The notes under the pieces: generated by a model | The model's input: the letters and a program-made list of their open reading frames with translations, nothing else | Database searches by the model: none | What the model was told of the DNA's origin: nothing | Virus record (IMG/VR): IMGVR_UViG_3300009506_000004 | Location: 65,440 to 129,439 of that record | DNA from: a virus | Length of the DNA: 64,000 nucleotides | Direction: 5' to 3' (one strand) | Translations under genes and position numbers: made by a program | Part shown: positions 9,516 to 20,603 of the stretch, piece after piece | Layout of the letters: every line of letters starts with the position of its first letter | Numbering within the stretch: position 1 is the first letter of the stretch

Positions 9516-10122
9516 ATTAAAATCTTTATCTAATTTATATGGTAACCCATTAGCATCAATAGATGTTGAAACTACTGGCAGAGTAGGTGGCTATCATGAA
9601 ATTATTCAAATTGCAATAGTTCCTATGAATATGGATTTAACTATTGCTAATGTATCACCATTTAATTTTTATATAAAACCAGAATACCCAGAACGCGCAG
9701 AAAATGAAGCTACAAGAATACATGGTATTGATATTTTTGATTTACAACTTAATGCGCCATCTTCCAGCAAAGTATTAGAATATTTAATAGATTGGTTTAA
9801 AAATTTACCAATTAGTTTCAATAAACGGCTTACACCATTAGCCCATAATTGGGCTTTTGAACGGAGTTTTCTTTTACCGTGGATGGGACCTGAATTTATG
9901 GATTCTATTTTTACTCCATATCCACGTGATACTATGCTCTTAGCTAATAGTTTTAATGATAGAGCTGCTTTAATAGGTGCAAAAATTCCATTTCCAAATA
10001 TTGGATTAAAAGCTATGTGTAGAATTTTTGGTATAGATCACCAACAACACCATAATTCTTTAAATGATGCAATAGTTACAGCTAAATTATATTCCAAAAT
10101 GATATATAGCTCATTTAGATAA
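9487..10122 (+). CDS. DEDDh 3'-5' exonuclease (DnaQ-like)
   Basis: DVETTG, AHNWAFE and HNSLND motifs. Confidence 0.9.
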   Translation: MRMIKMIMNELKSLSNLYGNPLASIDVETTGRVGGYHEIIQIAIVPMNMDLTIANVSPFNFYIKPEYPERAENEATRIHGIDIFDLQLNAPSSSKVLEYLIDWFKNLPISFNKRLTPLAHNWAFERSFLLPWMGPEFMDSIFTPYPRDTMLLANSFNDRAALIGAKIPFPNIGLKAMCRIFGIDHQQHHNSLNDAIVTAKLYSKMIYSSFR

Positions 10123-10131
10123 AATAAAACT

Positions 10132-10455
10132 TTATTCTCTATATTTACATTCTTTACAAATATCGAAAGATACTTGGTCACCTCTATAATTACATTCACC
10201 ATTTTTGCATATATGCATAGGTTTATAAGTACCATCACGATCAAGCATTATTCCAGTAAGCCTATATGAACATCCTACACCATTTGGTTTAAGAATTCTT
10301 TCATTATCTTGATCTGGTTCATATCCTTGAATCTTTAAAATAGTTTGCCCCTCTAAAAATTCAATAGATCCATCCCCATGTAATGTAGGCATATTAGTTT
10401 TTATTACAGTTTTAACTGGAATTTTAGACGGACTACCACATCCTCCACATGCCAT
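10132..10455 (-). CDS. Small Cys-rich tail-associated protein
   Basis: MACGGCG start, several CxxC motifs; last gene of the virion operon. Confidence 0.55.
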   Translation of the reverse strand: MACGGCGSPSKIPVKTVIKTNMPTLHGDGSIEFLEGQTILKIQGYEPDQDNERILKPNGVGCSYRLTGIMLDRDGTYKPMHICKNGECNYRGDQVSFDICKECKYRE

Positions 10456-10466
10456 AATTTAACTCC

Positions 10467-13400
10467 TTATGTTGGTAAATCACATGCATCACCAGCTGCT
10501 AATTGAAATACAGACCACGAACCATCATTTCCAGCTTCATACTGATGGCCAATCATGCCACCTTCTTGTCCGGGTTCTGGCATTTCACAACCAGGTTGTA
10601 TGTAGTCAAATTTTGTATAATAAACAGGATGATTAGCCCCTACAGTAGTTTTACTATCTATCAAAGATTGTAAAGCTTGTGCAGCAGCATCACGAGCAGA
10701 AGCTGAATCAAAATGTAATGTCTCAGTAGGCTCGGCTACTTGGTTACCTACCCAACAGCCATATTTCTCTGGTTCACTACAATAACACCAACCATTTGGC
10801 CTATTACATAAATATGGTGGTAATGGTTTTCTATCATCACACCATTCACCATTAGCTATACGGACAGTTGTTACTGTTATTGAATAAATTGTTAATGACC
10901 AAAAACATTTATTTTGTTTACGTAATTCTTCATCATCTGGTAATTCATCGGCATATTCTTTCTGCTTATCACCATCATCAGTTTCTGTTCCACCAGTATC
11001 ATTAAGGCTACCAGCCCCATCACCAGTACCTGCTCCTTGAGTGGAACCAGTACCAGTATTACCAACACCAGTTAGTTGATTTTGTAAAGCACTATTAGTA
11101 CCTTCTTGTTGAATGTTATTTGCGTCAGCATTTAATTTTGTTTGACTATATTCATTAACAGGTGACTGTTGCGGTGGAACTTCTGTATTATCATTATGTA
11201 TAGGAACAGTTGGTGTAGTATCATCAATATCAGATGGTTGCTGGTCACCATGATCTGGCCTACATCTCCCTTGTAGATCAATTGGTCTAGTATAAGTTGC
11301 TCCACCACTAATACTACTACAAGGTGAGTCACTACCAAAACTAAAACCTTGAGTTAATTGTAATGGGCTTCCTAAAACATGGCCGCTTGGGGCATCAACA
11401 TCAACATTAGGTCCAGAACCACCAGCATTGCCAAATTGTAAATCTTCATTAGTTGGATGAAGTGTATCTATTGATATTTGTGACGGGTAATGAAATGGAT
11501 AGGCTGTCATTTCCCCAGCTCTTACTGGAGTTTGAAGTACCAAATCAATAGCATGATCTTCTGAATTATAGACAGCTGTTTCAACTCTACATTTAATTAT
11601 TTCATCAGCTATATCCGGTAAATTTACATAACATCCGTCTATTGATTCAAGTGCTAATTTACTTATTGGGACTTGGCACATAATTCTTTTCCAAGTATTA
11701 GCCATTCTAATTAACCAAAAAGTAGCTGACTTAGTTACTAATTTTTGAGTGTTAAAACAATAAAAATCAAATGTTTCTTCTTGTGTCCCGTATTTTCTAA
11801 CATTATATCTAACAATAACTTTATACGGATCCTCTAAGTCAAGCGATGGTCGCCATTCAGCTATGAGTTTAGTAACTAAATCTTCTGTATTAGTATGATC
11901 CATTATTAATGAATTAGCTAACACATCACTTTCTGTTATTATACCATCTTCTGCTGGTTCTTCTGATAAATATGTTAAATGAAATTGGTCATTTCTTAAT
12001 GTTAAAGCACATCTATTTTGGAATGACATCTCTTGTAGTAATTGTAATATATTTTTTCTACCAGGAACCCTAAAATTCATAGGATATTTTACCATTTTTG
12101 TCCTGACTTCATCAAAACTATCATCCCATGTAAAATTAGTGTATTTGTTAATTAACCATTTCATTATATCAACCATATTTGGTCCTATGGTTGATGTTAA
12201 TGTTACATAAATATCATCCTCCCATCCATCACCGCGAGAAGATAGTGATTGTGTTAACACAACTTCAGATACTAAATATTCCTGGAAATTAGAATTTCTA
12301 GCATACCAATATGTATTTGGTACAGTTGTAAATTGACGTAAGTTACTGACACTAAACGTTTTCCATGCTTTTAAATAATGGACTGTAGAAGGTAATAAAT
12401 TTACAATATATACATATTCATCGTCACCAATTAATGTAACTTCTGATCCTGGGTCAGCCCAGAAAAATCCTACTTCTCTAAAACTCGATAAATAGTTCCA
12501 TGCTTCTTGCTCTAAACTAGTGTCATTTGCACCAACTAAATAAGCAGAGGAAGTCATAGAAATTTGCCAACCACTACATTCTGGTGGGAGCACACATGAC
12601 TGAATATATGGGTCAGTATTAGCACTATTATCAGTACCATAACCTGTATCACAACCGAAATTTTTGATTTCAGGTATAGGTACTGTTTCTAAAGCTGGAT
12701 GTATATATCGTTCAACACGGAAAGTATCACCATAGAATTTACCACTAACTTTAGCACCTGCAATATTTAAAGTAATAAATTTCTGCTGTGGAAACTTAGA
12801 GCCATTTATTATTTCTATTTCTTCATATTCATATTGTTGTTGCACAGCTAAATTTAATTCAGCTTCACAATAAATAGCTCTTTTTTTACATTCACATCTA
12901 GCATCTGTATTATATTGAGCTTCAATCTTTAATGGAGCAGCACCCCATACATTAGTAGCATGAGCCCATGAAGTTCTAAACCCTATGAATATAACTGGGC
13001 AGCAAACTTGCCTTGCTTGCTCAGCTCTAGGAGCAAGCATATAATCATGTATACCAAATCCAGTTTTTAAAATACCTGTCCTGGGGGATCTAGTTTTTAA
13101 AGCTGGTGAATTTTTTACTCTACCAAAGATAAGTGGCCATGGTTGACCTTGTAGATATTCTGGTACATATGTAAAATCACCCTCCTCCATTGAAAAACCA
13201 ACTTCAGCATCTTCAATCCTTGTAATAATATCAAAAGATACTGTTCTATCACCTTCATTCCATTGCATTGGGCTAGAAATTTGCCCCTTAAATATTAAAA
13301 ATTTGTCATCTAGTGATAAACCTGTAAACCATTGATAAACCCAACATGGTTGCTTATGAATATCATTTTGATTTATTATATTTTTTATTGTACCATCACT

Positions 13401-13646
13401 ATCATCTATTGTTATAGATATTTGCTGTGAATCACCTGAAGTACCACTTTGAACACCTTGTACTACGACAGAATTATCTAAATCACTAACGGCTAAAATT
13501 TTGCCTTCATTAGCATTTAAATCTTTATCAGAATAAGTATATATTGAGCCGCCATCAACCCATTGAACTTGAATAATTATAGCTGGTTCTACTCCTAAAC
13601 TTTGCTCTAAATATTCTTGTGCATTATCAGAAATTTGCCTAACCAT
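10467..13646 (-). CDS. Tail tip / baseplate hub protein
   Basis: 1059 aa downstream of the tape measure; GQPWPLIFG and hub-like segments; Cys-rich C-terminus. Confidence 0.7.
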   Translation of the reverse strand: MVRQISDNAQEYLEQSLGVEPAIIIQVQWVDGGSIYTYSDKDLNANEGKILAVSDLDNSVVVQGVQSGTSGDSQQISITIDDSDGTIKNIINQNDIHKQPCWVYQWFTGLSLDDKFLIFKGQISSPMQWNEGDRTVSFDIITRIEDAEVGFSMEEGDFTYVPEYLQGQPWPLIFGRVKNSPALKTRSPRTGILKTGFGIHDYMLAPRAEQARQVCCPVIFIGFRTSWAHATNVWGAAPLKIEAQYNTDARCECKKRAIYCEAELNLAVQQQYEYEEIEIINGSKFPQQKFITLNIAGAKVSGKFYGDTFRVERYIHPALETVPIPEIKNFGCDTGYGTDNSANTDPYIQSCVLPPECSGWQISMTSSAYLVGANDTSLEQEAWNYLSSFREVGFFWADPGSEVTLIGDDEYVYIVNLLPSTVHYLKAWKTFSVSNLRQFTTVPNTYWYARNSNFQEYLVSEVVLTQSLSSRGDGWEDDIYVTLTSTIGPNMVDIMKWLINKYTNFTWDDSFDEVRTKMVKYPMNFRVPGRKNILQLLQEMSFQNRCALTLRNDQFHLTYLSEEPAEDGIITESDVLANSLIMDHTNTEDLVTKLIAEWRPSLDLEDPYKVIVRYNVRKYGTQEETFDFYCFNTQKLVTKSATFWLIRMANTWKRIMCQVPISKLALESIDGCYVNLPDIADEIIKCRVETAVYNSEDHAIDLVLQTPVRAGEMTAYPFHYPSQISIDTLHPTNEDLQFGNAGGSGPNVDVDAPSGHVLGSPLQLTQGFSFGSDSPCSSISGGATYTRPIDLQGRCRPDHGDQQPSDIDDTTPTVPIHNDNTEVPPQQSPVNEYSQTKLNADANNIQQEGTNSALQNQLTGVGNTGTGSTQGAGTGDGAGSLNDTGGTETDDGDKQKEYADELPDDEELRKQNKCFWSLTIYSITVTTVRIANGEWCDDRKPLPPYLCNRPNGWCYCSEPEKYGCWVGNQVAEPTETLHFDSASARDAAAQALQSLIDSKTTVGANHPVYYTKFDYIQPGCEMPEPGQEGGMIGHQYEAGNDGSWSVFQLAAGDACDLPT

Positions 13647-13657
13647 TATATACTCCT

Positions 13658-14050
13658 CTAATTCTGCTGGAAACCTTCAAACTCAACTTGAATTTGATGT
13701 TGAGAATAATTTCCTGGAGAGGCTACAGCTCTACGTATTGACTCAAATTCAAATGGATTTGATGTAAAATAACCAATATAAATTTTATTTAAATGATCAG
13801 TTATTTTAATTTGTTCTGAGTTAAAAATATCAAAAAAAGCTTGTAGTTCCAAAGATTTTGCTTGCGAAAGCACAAAAGTCCAAACCATTTTCTTTCTAGA
13901 ATCTCTAGACTTGACATAAATATATCTAGTACCATCTTTTGCAAATTTTTTATCTAGTGAACAAGTTGGTGATATAGAATCTCCTAATTGTGGATTTGGT
14001 AAAAAAGTTGTTAAACTTATAGCAGGATAAGGTGCTTGTAATATAAACAT
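13658..14050 (-). CDS. Distal-tail-like protein
   Basis: LPNPQLGD motif; paralogous to the C-terminal domain of 14050..15498 (LRTPNFGD). Confidence 0.55.
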   Translation of the reverse strand: MFILQAPYPAISLTTFLPNPQLGDSISPTCSLDKKFAKDGTRYIYVKSRDSRKKMVWTFVLSQAKSLELQAFFDIFNSEQIKITDHLNKIYIGYFTSNPFEFESIRRAVASPGNYSQHQIQVEFEGFQQN

Positions 14051-15498
14051 TATGGTGAAACCTTTACTACATCAGCAGATTGAGAAAGAATTAATGTATT
14101 GCAAGCATATAATTCCAAATAACTATTAATAACTTCTAATTCTAGTGATAAATCATTTAAATTAGTACCATTACGTATTACAGGATTATTTGGTGTAGTT
14201 ATAATTCCAATCCAGATTCTACCAGTCCAATCTCTAAAACTTACTAATTGACCGAGAGTTATTTCTAAGAAGTTTAATATATCATAAACTTCACTATCTT
14301 TGATTCCACTAAAATCCATTACAATGGATCTTTGTTTTGGCCAAGTAGGATCTCTAAATATTCTTAAAGATCCACCACGTGATTCCCTGTTTATTCTATT
14401 ATATTGACTTCTGTCTCTGTCACCAAAATTAGGTGTTCTTAATATTATTAATTCAGTAGCAAGGCAACTAGAACCAGCTGGATAATAAAATTCAACATCA
14501 TTGTGAACAATTATATCTGGTGGTATAGGTCTAATTAATGGTGAACCATTACCACCAGAAAATGGAGAGTATAATTCAGTAACTTTACAAGTACCTTGTG
14601 TGCTTATTATTTCACCATTCCTTAATTGAAACCAAGTAAAATTATGGTTAAAATTAATTGTATTACTTGCTGTTAAACTTCTCCAATGATTACAAATTAC
14701 AGATTGCTCAAATTCAATAGTTTGAGTTACAGATTTACCAGCATTACCATAAGATGATTGTGTAAATACAATAGTATTTTCAGCCGTTAATTCTATTGGA
14801 AATATAGCACTTTGTACAAATGTTAAAGTACTAGTTGCTGTTAAAGCAGTTGCACTAGCTTTTAATATATATCTGTTATTAGATTGAGAAAACTCTATAT
14901 CATTTGATGCTGTTAAAGGTATAGCATCAGTGTACTGAGTAAATCTATTACTATGTTGTATAATTAAGAATTCATTATATGCTGTTCTAGTCAGTAAACC
15001 AGGCGCAGCAGATTGAATAAAGTTAACTGTATTACTAGCTGTTAATTCCCTAATACCTGAAATTTGTGCAATTTGTACAAAATTAATTTGATTATTAGCA
15101 GATAGGTTTAATATATTTTTAGCATTACTTTGGCTAAATTCAATGGTATTACTAGCAGTTCTAGTAAAAGGCCCTCTGGCGCTTTGAGAAAATTCAATAT
15201 AACTTTCAGCACTATAAGAAAATGAACCAGTGCGATTGGCAACATGTGCAAAAGTTATATTACTAGTAGCAGTTCTATCCTTATATTTTTCTCTTTCATT
15301 TGTTTGTACAAAAGTAATAGTACTACTTGCAGTAAGATTAAATATAGTTGCTTCTGACCTTGAAGCACCATAAGCTAGTGTTAATGATTTTCCTAATACA
15401 GATAAGGAAATACCAGGGATTGATGTCAATTTACCACTATCGTTTCCTACTTGTGAAAATTGAATCGTACTTGTAGATGTTCGGTCGTAAATTGACAT
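14050..15498 (-). CDS. Tail protein with TASNTI.F.Q repeats and a distal-tail-like C-terminal domain
   Basis: More than ten degenerate repeats of LTASNTIEFSQS. Confidence 0.65.
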   Translation of the reverse strand: MSIYDRTSTSTIQFSQVGNDSGKLTSIPGISLSVLGKSLTLAYGASRSEATIFNLTASSTITFVQTNEREKYKDRTATSNITFAHVANRTGSFSYSAESYIEFSQSARGPFTRTASNTIEFSQSNAKNILNLSANNQINFVQIAQISGIRELTASNTVNFIQSAAPGLLTRTAYNEFLIIQHSNRFTQYTDAIPLTASNDIEFSQSNNRYILKASATALTATSTLTFVQSAIFPIELTAENTIVFTQSSYGNAGKSVTQTIEFEQSVICNHWRSLTASNTINFNHNFTWFQLRNGEIISTQGTCKVTELYSPFSGGNGSPLIRPIPPDIIVHNDVEFYYPAGSSCLATELIILRTPNFGDRDRSQYNRINRESRGGSLRIFRDPTWPKQRSIVMDFSGIKDSEVYDILNFLEITLGQLVSFRDWTGRIWIGIITTPNNPVIRNGTNLNDLSLELEVINSYLELYACNTLILSQSADVVKVSP

Positions 15499-15520
15499 AC
15501 AATCACCTGTTTATATTATA

Positions 15521-15560
15521 AAAAGAGTCCGGAATAGCACATTACTATTCCGGGTCTCTT
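15521..15560 (-). terminator. Intrinsic terminator
   Basis: AAGAG-CCGGAATAG...CTATTCCGG-CTCTT hairpin with a U tract on the minus strand. Confidence 0.6.
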
Positions 15561-15583
15561 AGCAAAGAAATTAACAGTATATA

Positions 15584-16198
15584 CTAAGCACTAACAGTGT
15601 ATGTAATTTTTAATTGGTCCCCGTTCACAACAGCAGTATCACCTTGATCAAATAAAGCAGTAGCCCAAAGTGTGCCATCAGATGCATGGTCACCTTTAGT
15701 ATCAGAATTAACTCCACCACCAACAAGACCTAATCCCTTAACTGTTCCAGATCCAGTAATATCAAAAACAACTTGTGTACTGTTTGATATAGACTGACCT
15801 GAAGCTGGGTCTGGGCTCCAAGCTGGTCTAGTTACTGTACTATCACCATTACCAGGATCTGTATAAGATTTAAATTCATCCCAGCCATTACCAGCTTGAT
15901 CAATATTGTCATATGTATCAGCATCATCTAATGCTGTAAAGTTTGCATTGTCAATTAACAACATATACCATGTTGTGATTTGTGTAGCTGCATCAAAGTA
16001 AATATCAAATATTGAATCTTTACCTTCATCTGTTATTCCATTAGGACCCATATAAGTGGCAATCCATAATCCTTGCCTGTAATGTTCGACATTGGCCCAA
16101 CCGCGTAGGGTAAATAATGAACGTGTACGACCAGCAAGTTTACCACTTCTCCCTTTAGCAACAGAGGCTTTTTGATGAAAATTTACCTTTGTTATCAT
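15584..16198 (-). CDS. Minor structural protein
   Basis: NGITDEG...GDQLKITYTVS pattern typical of tail-associated proteins. Confidence 0.65.
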   Translation of the reverse strand: MITKVNFHQKASVAKGRSGKLAGRTRSLFTLRGWANVEHYRQGLWIATYMGPNGITDEGKDSIFDIYFDAATQITTWYMLLIDNANFTALDDADTYDNIDQAGNGWDEFKSYTDPGNGDSTVTRPAWSPDPASGQSISNSTQVVFDITGSGTVKGLGLVGGGVNSDTKGDHASDGTLWATALFDQGDTAVVNGDQLKITYTVSA

Positions 16199-16222
16199 AA
16201 ATCTTTCTCCAATAGCCGTGAG

Positions 16223-19200
16223 TTATCTACCTAATTTAGAAGAAGTGCCACGTCTATACTCACGGCGAAGTTCTGACAAGACACGTCTGGCAGTAGCATC
16301 AGGTGATGCTGTGCCTATAACTTTAATATCACCAATATTAACACTATTATTTACTACAGTTCCACCTTCGGCTCTATAAATTGGGTTAACACCAGCATTC
16401 ATTGCAATTAATTGAGAAGCAAATTTCTTAGAAGCATTAGAATTAACAACAAATTCTCCAGGTGTCAACATAGCAGGAACAGTATCTGTTCCTCTAGTAA
16501 ATCCACCAATACTTCTATAAAGTACTGGTCCACCAAACATTTTAGATTGTCCACCATTCGCTTGTGCTTGGTTTAATTCTCTTTGTTTATCAATGGCTTT
16601 TTGAATTTGCCCTACTAAATTGACATAACTTTGAGAAAGGTTATTATTAACTGTATCAGTACTTAGCTGAATAGCACCAGTTAATTCACCTTGCCTATTG
16701 ATTGGTTCATTTAATGCTTCACTTATACCACCAATTTTTTCATTTAGTGATCCTTGTTTTTCAAGTGAATCTTCTATTAATTTAATTAAATTTATATAAG
16801 ATTCTTCTTCAGCTTGGATACGTCTTAATTGAGGTTTTTGACCAATAGTTTCATCTTGCGCTTTTTGTAATGCTTTTAATTGATCTAATATTGTACCACG
16901 AACAGCGGTTTCTCCCCATGGAGTTAATCCAGGGATATCAGCAACTTTATTTAATTGGTCAATTAATCTAGCGGCATTTTGAAGATCTTCATCAGAAATA
17001 ATATTCTTATTGGGATCTATAATTTTAGCAAATTTTTGCTCTATACGATCAATACCTCTAGTAATATTTGTAGTATCAATACCAAATTTTTCAATTGTTT
17101 GCCCAGTTTCCCTAGCATGACTAAGTGCTTTATTCCATGAACTTTCAACTTTACTTCTTGCATTTATTTCATCTTGAAGTTGGGTATTTATATTTCCTTG
17201 TTCTTGTTCAAGTTCTTTGGATGCCTTTAAAGCAGCCTGACGTATTTGGTTAATACCAGCCAAAGGTTGTGCTGGATCAAATGTAAATTCTAAACCTAAT
17301 TGTTCAGCTTTGCTAACTATAAATTCAACAGGAACTTGAGCTACTACATTACTAGCAGCTTGTGAAACAGTATCTTTTAAATTCTGTTGAGTTTTAGTGG
17401 GGTCAAAACTTAATTGTCTAAGTTGTTCATTGACTTTAACACCTAAATCAGCAACACCCATTATTTCAGCAAAACTTAAATCTTCTCTGCTTAGAGCAGA
17501 TTGCTGAATTTTATCAAATGCTTCCTTAGCATTTTTTATTGCTGCATCACGCTCAGCTTGAGGAAGTAAAGAACCACCATCTTGAAATAGACTAAGGTTA
17601 TCTTTAAGTTGTTTTACATTTTCTTTAAGATCTGCAAGTTTTTGTTTTTCTTCAGCTTGTCTACTAGCAGCAGTAGCTGTTGCTTTATCATCTAAAGCTT
17701 GTTGTGCTTGTTTTGTTTTTAGTTGTTCTTTAAGAACAGCATCTAAAGCTTTTTCAGCTTTATAGAGTTGAGCACGATTACCACTTTTCTCTGCTGTTTG
17801 AACAGCTTCTTCTGCTAATTTTTCAGAATACTCAAGAAGTTTTACTCTTTCTTCTAATCCTTTTTGTGTAGCTGGAGTTTGTCTAGCTTTAGATAAAGCT
17901 TCTTCGGCTCTTTGAGTTTGTTTAAAGGCTATAGTTAAATCATCTAAATGTCTAGTTCTTCTATTAAATTCATTGTCGTCTATTTTTTGGCGAATAGAAG
18001 CTTGGTCATCAAGATTTTTAGTTCTCCTGTTTTCTGCTTCAGAAATTCTTTTATCTATTGCATTAACATATGTTGTTCTAGCAGAGACTAAATTATCTAA
18101 AATATCACTAGTTGTTTTTACAAAAGAATCATTTTCTTGTCTTATAACCTCTCTTGCTTCATTTGCTGCTTCTTGAAGTTTATTAAAAGCTTCGTCACCT
18201 TTTTTACCAAGTTCATCTAAAGATTTTAAAGCTTCTGTAGTGTCTTTACTTATTTTTTCAATATTATCAAGTTTTATTTTATCTAATCGTTCAAATTCGT
18301 CATTAAACTCAGCTAAAGTACTCTTTTTATCTAAAAATCCTATTAATTCACCAAGGGCATAACCTATACCACCAGCTAATAATAAAGTACTTGCAGCAGC
18401 TGATGCAGCACCTACCTGTACAGTAAATAAAGCTTTCCCAGCCAATGTGGCTTTAGCTGCATATGCTGTTAAAGAAGCAACACCAATACCAACTAAAGTC
18501 CCAGAAAGATTGTGAACTGCTCCTGAAACTAATCCTAAACCTTTTGTTATAATAGGTAAAGCATTTTGAGCAAGTACTAAAAATTCATTTTTTAATTGTT
18601 CTAATGCTTTTCTGAATTTAACAGCATCTTGTTCATTAAATTTTTCTAAAACTTTATCTAAATAGGAAGTTGCTTCATTAGCTGCATCACCAATTTTCTT
18701 AATATTTTCAGCTAATAATTCACTTTGTGAAGATAAAGCTTCAAAAGCTGTTCTAGCACGAATATTTGTGAAAAATTGAGCAATTCTAGAAGAATCACCT
18801 TGTGCTTGTGCAGCAATAGCTTGTATTACACCTTGTAATCCACCAAATTTTTGAATAGCCTCTTGAATATTAGCTACTTTAAATACTTCAGTAAATAATT
18901 TTTGTAATTCTTTTGTTGGCTTCTGTAATTGGTTAATAATAGCGCGTAATTGTGTTAATGCTCTAGTAGGTGAGACACCAGCTCTCGTAATGGTAGCTAA
19001 AGAAGCCCCAACTTCATTAAAAGAAATTCCAGCACTTCGCGCTAATGGTGTTACATTACCTAATTGATCAGCTATATCTTTTAATCTTGTGCGACCCAAT
19101 TCTATTGTCTTGAATAAAGCAGCAGATACTTGGTCAGAAGATTGAACACTTAAATCATAAGAATTTAATACAGAAGATAATGCGCCAACAGCCTCAGAAA

Positions 19201-19828
19201 CTTCAGAAGATGATATTCTAGCAAGTTTTAGAGAAGAAGTAAATAATGCATTACTGTCAGCTGATCCTTTTACTTGGTTAGAAAATTCTTGATATTTAGC
19301 TTCAGCTAAATCAAGTACATCAAAACCAAATTGATTTGATAGATTTATTAAATCAGTATTTAGATTATTTACTTCTGAATCAAAATTTTGAATACCTCTT
19401 GGCGAAATAGCAGCAGCTTCAGCAAGAGCTATTCCAAATTCTTCAGCAGTTCCAATGGCTTCTCTAAATTGTGATTGTAAAGCATTTAATGATCTTACTA
19501 TACCTTGAGCTAAAGCAATTCTTCCAATTGTTTGCCAAGATAATAAAAATCCACGAGAAGCTTGTGTAGCTCCTTGAGTCTTTTTAGTAACATTATCAAT
19601 TATTTTTCCTGCTTTATTTAATTTACCAGCAGCCTTAGCTGTGCTGTCTATTTGCTTACTTAAAGTAGAAAAATCATTTGATAATTTGTTAGCATTAAAC
19701 TTTTTTAATGCATCAGCTGACCTAATTAAAGCATTATTTAATCCATTTAATGCATTTATTACTTGATTAATACCTTGGATTGCACCACTAGCATCAAAAC
19801 CTAATGACTGTATAATTTGATCGCTCAT
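16223..19828 (-). CDS. Tail tape measure protein (TP901-like)
   Basis: 1201 aa, helical; TP901-like core (LGNVTPLA..AGISFNEVGA); C-terminal GTDTVPAMLTPGEFVVN. Confidence 0.9.
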   Translation of the reverse strand: MSDQIIQSLGFDASGAIQGINQVINALNGLNNALIRSADALKKFNANKLSNDFSTLSKQIDSTAKAAGKLNKAGKIIDNVTKKTQGATQASRGFLLSWQTIGRIALAQGIVRSLNALQSQFREAIGTAEEFGIALAEAAAISPRGIQNFDSEVNNLNTDLINLSNQFGFDVLDLAEAKYQEFSNQVKGSADSNALFTSSLKLARISSSEVSEAVGALSSVLNSYDLSVQSSDQVSAALFKTIELGRTRLKDIADQLGNVTPLARSAGISFNEVGASLATITRAGVSPTRALTQLRAIINQLQKPTKELQKLFTEVFKVANIQEAIQKFGGLQGVIQAIAAQAQGDSSRIAQFFTNIRARTAFEALSSQSELLAENIKKIGDAANEATSYLDKVLEKFNEQDAVKFRKALEQLKNEFLVLAQNALPIITKGLGLVSGAVHNLSGTLVGIGVASLTAYAAKATLAGKALFTVQVGAASAAASTLLLAGGIGYALGELIGFLDKKSTLAEFNDEFERLDKIKLDNIEKISKDTTEALKSLDELGKKGDEAFNKLQEAANEAREVIRQENDSFVKTTSDILDNLVSARTTYVNAIDKRISEAENRRTKNLDDQASIRQKIDDNEFNRRTRHLDDLTIAFKQTQRAEEALSKARQTPATQKGLEERVKLLEYSEKLAEEAVQTAEKSGNRAQLYKAEKALDAVLKEQLKTKQAQQALDDKATATAASRQAEEKQKLADLKENVKQLKDNLSLFQDGGSLLPQAERDAAIKNAKEAFDKIQQSALSREDLSFAEIMGVADLGVKVNEQLRQLSFDPTKTQQNLKDTVSQAASNVVAQVPVEFIVSKAEQLGLEFTFDPAQPLAGINQIRQAALKASKELEQEQGNINTQLQDEINARSKVESSWNKALSHARETGQTIEKFGIDTTNITRGIDRIEQKFAKIIDPNKNIISDEDLQNAARLIDQLNKVADIPGLTPWGETAVRGTILDQLKALQKAQDETIGQKPQLRRIQAEEESYINLIKLIEDSLEKQGSLNEKIGGISEALNEPINRQGELTGAIQLSTDTVNNNLSQSYVNLVGQIQKAIDKQRELNQAQANGGQSKMFGGPVLYRSIGGFTRGTDTVPAMLTPGEFVVNSNASKKFASQLIAMNAGVNPIYRAEGGTVVNNSVNIGDIKVIGTASPDATARRVLSELRREYRRGTSSKLGR

Positions 19829-20370
19829 TAGCCCACCCTAATTGCTTTAAATTTAAGTGTTTTCCAAGGAGAAGGTAAACCCATTACTGTCTTTGTATAT
19901 TCCCTAAAAGCTTCAGTTCCTTTTTCTTGAAAATGATAAGGACCAGGTGTTTTTAAATTTGAAAACACTCTTCCAGCTTTTCTATTTGTATTAGCATTGT
20001 TATATTCATTAAATATTAAATGCTCTAAAGTAGTGCTATATTTAAAAGTTACAATACCACTTTTAACATTTTTTGTATCTACTTCACCTTCACTTTTAGC
20101 AAACCCAACACTTTCACCAAGAGCATATTTCCCATCTGGTGTAACAATTGGGTTTATAGATATAGCGAAGCCGATAGATCTAGCTAATTTTAAAAATGTT
20201 GCTTTTGAAGCACCAGACCAAACAGGTATTACTGATAGTGCTGTAGCATTTAACCAAGCTATGCCAGCTAAATGAATTTCATCTATTAGCATTGCTGCTA
20301 GAAGTTTTTCCCATTTTTGGTAATCAATTCTAATTTCTTTAAATCTGGCTGTAAATTTTGGGTTTTTCAC
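19828..20370 (-). CDS. Tail completion-like protein (HK97 gp10-like)
   Basis: IPVWSGASKA resembles the PVdTG motif; tail-gene context. Confidence 0.45.
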   Translation of the reverse strand: MKNPKFTARFKEIRIDYQKWEKLLAAMLIDEIHLAGIAWLNATALSVIPVWSGASKATFLKLARSIGFAISINPIVTPDGKYALGESVGFAKSEGEVDTKNVKSGIVTFKYSTTLEHLIFNEYNNANTNRKAGRVFSNLKTPGPYHFQEKGTEAFREYTKTVMGLPSPWKTLKFKAIRVG

Positions 20371-20603
20371 TATCTACCTCGTTTACGACCACCTTGATAT
20401 TTTGGCAGTGGCTTAGGCTTGATATTAAAAGCCTCAGATTCCTCAAAACAAAATCTTTGATAGTAAGCAATAATTAAGGCTTGTGTCCATGAATCACAAT
20501 CATCCCATGATTCTTTGACACCAGGTGGTTTTACTCCTAGTTGGGCACATGCACGCCAAATTAAGAAGTCTGTGCTTGGGTATTTTGGCCAGAGGTATTT
20601 TTT
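20370..20603 (-). CDS. Tail assembly chaperone -1 frameshift extension (gpGT-like)
   Basis: The -1 frame is open from the slippery A AAA AAT (20597-20603): KYLWPKYPSTDFLIWRACAQLGVKPP...GRKRGR*. Its TAG overlaps the next GTG start. Confidence 0.75.
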   Translation of the reverse strand, partial: KKYLWPKYPSTDFLIWRACAQLGVKPPGVKESWDDCDSWTQALIIAYYQRFCFEESEAFNIKPKPLPKYQGGRKRGR